Shown here in pieces: positions 60,701 to 64,000 of a stretch of DNA of 64,000 bases; positions within the stretch are counted from its first letter, which is position 1, and the number at the start of each line of letters is the position of its first letter. Origin of the DNA: Mobula hypostoma (taxonomy: Eukaryota); NCBI RefSeq assembly GCF_963921235.1, contig NC_086098.1:117862001-117926000 (forward strand), read 5' to 3'. The notes under the pieces were generated by a model. That model did not search any database, had not been told where the DNA came from, and saw only the letters and a list, made by a program, of their open reading frames with translations. Position numbers and translations under genes: made by a program.

Positions 60701-63700
60701 GCCGGGGTTGGGGGGGGGTGGAGAGTCGGGCCGGGGTTGGGGGGGGGTGGAGAGTCGGGCCGGGGTTGGGGGGGTGTGGAGAGTCGGGCCGGGGTTGGGG
60801 GGGGGTGGAGAGTCGGGCCGGGGTTGGGGGAGTGTGGAGAGTCGGGCCGGGGTTGGGGGGGGGTGGAGAGTCGGGCCGGGGTTGGGGGGGGGTGGAGAGT
60901 CGGGCCGGGGTTGGGGGGGAGTGTGGAGAGTCGGGCCGGGGTTGGAGGGGGGGAGAGTCGGGCCGGGGTTGGGGGGGGGGAGAGTCGGGCCGGGGTTGGG
61001 GGGGGTGGAGAGTCGGGCCGGGGTTGGGGGGGAGTGTGGAGAGTCGGGCCGGGGTTGGGGGGGAGTGTGGAGAGTCGGGCCGGGGTTGGGGGGGGGTGGA
61101 GAGTCGGGCCGGGGTTGGGGGGGGGTGGAGAGTCGGTCCGGGGTTGGGGGGGGGTGGAGAGTCGGGCCGGGGTTGGGGGGGGGAGTGTGGAGAGTCAGGC
61201 CGGGGTTGGGGAGGGGAGAGTCGGGCCGGGGTTGTGGGGGGGGGGGAGTCGGGCCGGGGTTGGGGGGGGTGGAGAGTCGGGCCGGGGGTGTGGGGGGGGA
61301 GAGTCGGGCCGGGGTTGTGGGGGGGGGAGAGTCGGGCCGGGGTTGTGGGGGGGGGAGAGTCGGGCCGGGGTTGTGGGGGGGGGAGAGTCGGGCCGGGGTT
61401 GGGGGGGGTGGAGAGTCGGGCCGGGGTTGGGGGGGGTGGAGAGTCGGGCCGGGGTTGTGGGGGGGGGAGAGTCGGGCCGGGGTTGGGGGGGGGAGAGTCG
61501 GGCCGGGGTTGAGGGGGGGAGAGTCGGGCCGGGGTTGTGGGGGGGGGAGAGTCGGGCCGGGGTTGGGGGGGGGAGAGTCGGGCCGGGGTTGGGGGGGGGA
61601 GTGTGGAGAGTCGGGCCGGGGTTGGGGGGGGGAGTGTGGAGAGTCGGGCCGGGGTTGGGGGGGGGAGAGTCGGGCCGGGGTTGGGGGGGGTGGAGAGTCG
61701 GGCCGGGGTTGTGGGGGGGGTGGAGAGTCGGGCCGGGGTTGGGGGGGGGAGTGTGGAGAGTCGGGCCGGGGTTGGGGGGGGGAGAGTCGGGCCGGGGTTG
61801 GGGGGGGTGGAGAGTCGGGCCGGGGTTGGGGGGGGGGAGAGTCGGGCCGGGGTTGTGGGGGGGGTGGAGAGTCGGGCCGGGGTTGTGGGGGGGAGTGTGG
61901 AGAGTCGGGCCGGGGTTGTGGGGGGGGTGGAGAGTCGGGCCGGGGTTGTGGGGGGGAGTGTGGAGAGTCGGACCGGGGTTGTGGGGGGGGGAGAGTCGGG
62001 CCGGGGTTGTGGGGGGGGTGGAGAGTCGGGCCGGGGTTGGGGGGGGGAGTGTGGAGAGTCGGGCCGGGGTTGTGGGGGGAGTGTGGAGAGTCGGGCCGGG
62101 GTTGGGGGGAGTGTGGAGAGTCGGGCCGGGGTTGGGGGGGGGGGAGAGTCGGGCCGGGGTTGGGGGGGGGTGGAGAGTCGGGCCGGGGTTGGGGGGGGTG
62201 GAGAGTCGGGCCGGGGTTGTGGGGGGAGTGTGGAGGGGAGTGTGGAGAGTCGGGCCGGGGTTGTGGGGGGGGGAGAGTCGGGCCGGGGTTGTGGGGGGAG
62301 TGTGGAGAGTCGGGCCGGGGTTGTGGGGGGGAGTGTGGAGAGTCGGGCCGGGGTTGGGGGGGAGTGTGGAGAGTCGGGCCGGGGTTGGGGGGAGTGTGGA
62401 GAGTCGGGCCGGGGTTGTGGGGGGGTGGAGAGTCGGGCCGGGGTTGTGGGGGGGGGTGGAGAGTCGGGCCGGGGTTGTGGGGGGGGGTGGAGAGTCGGGC
62501 CGGGGTTGTGGGGGGAGTGTGGAGGGGAGTGTGGAGAGTCGGGCCGGGGTTGTGGGGGGGGGAGAGTCGGGCCGGGATTGTGGGGGGAGTGTGGAGAGTC
62601 GGGCCGGGGTTGGGGGGGGGAGAGTCGGGCCGGGGTTGGGGGGGGTGGAGAGTCGGGCCGGGGTTGTGGGGGGAGTGTGGAGGGGAGTGTGGAGAGTCGG
62701 GCCGGGGTTGGGGGGGGGGAGAGTCGGGCCGGGGTTGGGGGGGGGTGGAGAGTCGGGCCGGGGTTGTGGGGGGAGTGTGGAGAGTCGGGCCGGGGTTGTG
62801 GAGGGGAGTGTGGAGAGTGGAGAGTCGGGCCGGGGTTGGGGGGGGGGAGAGTCGGGCCGGGGTTGGGGGGGGGGTGGAGAGTCGGGCCGGGGTTGTGGGG
62901 GGAGTGTGGAGAGTCGGGTTGGGGGGGGGGAGAGTCGGGCCGGGGTTGGGGGGGGGTGGAGAGTCGGGCCGGGGTTGTGGGGGGAGTGTGGAGAGTCGGG
63001 CCGGGGTTGTGGGGGGAGTGTGGAGAGTCGGGCCGGGGTTGGGGGGGGGGGAGAGTCGGGCCGGGGTTGGGGGGGGGTGGAGAGTCGGGCCGGGGTTGTG
63101 GGGGGAGTGTGGAGGGGAGTGTGGAGAGTCGGGCCGGGGTTGGGGGGGGGAGAGTCGGGCCGGGGTTGGGTGGGGGTGGAGAGTCGGGCCGGGGTTGTGG
63201 GGGGAGTGTGGAGAGTCGGGCCGGGGTTGGGGGGGGTGGAGAGTCGGGCCGGGGTTGGGGGGGGTGGGAGAGTCGGGCCGGGGTTGGGGGGGGGAAGAGT
63301 CGGGCCGGGGTTGGGGGGGGTGGGAGAGTCGGGCCGGGGTTGGGGGGGGGTGGAGAGTCGGGCCGGGGTTGGGGGGGGTGGAGAGTCGGGCCGGGGTTGG
63401 GGGGGGGGAGTGTGGAGAGTCGGGCCGGGGTTGGGGGGGGGGGAGAGTCGGGCCGGGGTTGGGGGGGGGGAGAGTCGGGCCGGGGTTGGGGGGGGGGAGA
63501 GTGGAGAGTCGGGCCGGGGTTGGGGGGGGTGGAGAGTCGGGCCGGGGTTGGGGGGGGAGTGTGGAGAGTCGGGCCGGGGTTGGAGGGGGGGGAGAGTCGG
63601 GCCGGGGTTGGGGGGGGTGGAGAGTCGGGCCGGGGTTGGGGGGGGAGTGTGGAGAGTCGGGCCGGGGTTGGGGGGGGAGTGTGGAGAGTCGGGCCGGGGT

Positions 63701-64000
63701 TGGGGGGGGGAGTGTGGAGAGTCGGGCCGGGGTTGGGGGGGGAGTGTGGAGAGTCGGGCCGGGGTTGGGGGGGGGAGTGTGGAGAGTCGGGCCGGGGTTG
63801 GGGGGGGGAGAGTCGGGCCGGGGTTGGGGGGGGGAGAGTCGGGCCGGGGTTGGGGGGGGGGAGAGTCGGGCCGGGGTTGGGGGGGAGTGTGGAGAGTCGG
63901 GCCGGGGTTGGAGGGGGGGAGAGTCGGGCCGGGGTTGGATGGGGGGGGAGAGTAGGGCCGGGGTTGGGGGGGGGGAGTGTGGAGAGTCGGGCCGGGGTTG
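57745..64000. repeat. Extremely G-rich 27-34-bp minisatellite GGAGAGTCGGGCCGGGGTT(GT)G(n)(AGTGT/T), roughly 200 copies, MEA1 intron 1, runs off the right edge
   Basis: Seen directly; starts about 24 nt after the splice donor. Confidence 0.97.

Noticed and set aside
57458-63955. 2165-aa and 1244-aa ORFs as real giant Gly-rich proteins
   Set aside because: Beyond codon 88 they are translations of a minisatellite whose unit has no stop in any frame; MEA1 similarity ends exactly at the GT donor at 57722

Overview
Vertebrate genomic DNA, most likely from a cartilaginous fish (ray/skate/shark-type repeat content; this is an inference from the CR1, Penelope, V-SINE and satellite families). Three genes are supported by splice sites and protein similarity: the first coding exon of DEGS1 (- strand, 5323-5404; the rest lies left of the window), the complete 5-exon FBXO28 CDS (- strand, 48986 to 34217, 352 aa) and the first coding exon of MEA1 (+ strand, 57458-57721). 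FBXO28 and MEA1 are divergent, about 8.5 kb apart. The remainder is mostly 5'-truncated CR1 LINEs (including a triple nest), Rex1/Babar-like LINE relics, SINEs, one solo LTR with a 5-bp TSD, and four multi-kb minisatellites packed against exons and promoters. The most notable structure is a 240-bp insertion (651-890, 13-bp TSD) in DEGS1 intron 1 containing a 97-bp inverted repeat with a minimal hammerhead-ribozyme core in each arm (Penelope-like). Other notable items: strand-polarised G-rich minisatellites, a degenerate repeated motif downstream of the FBXO28 stop, a near-perfect 50-nt intronic hairpin, a triplicated FBXO28 promoter module and co-oriented CTCF motifs between FBXO28 and MEA1. 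The very long ORFs (820, 1244, 2165 aa) are repeat artefacts. Copy numbers are length/unit estimates, repeat boundaries are approximate, and comparisons with human genes are from memory, not from alignment.
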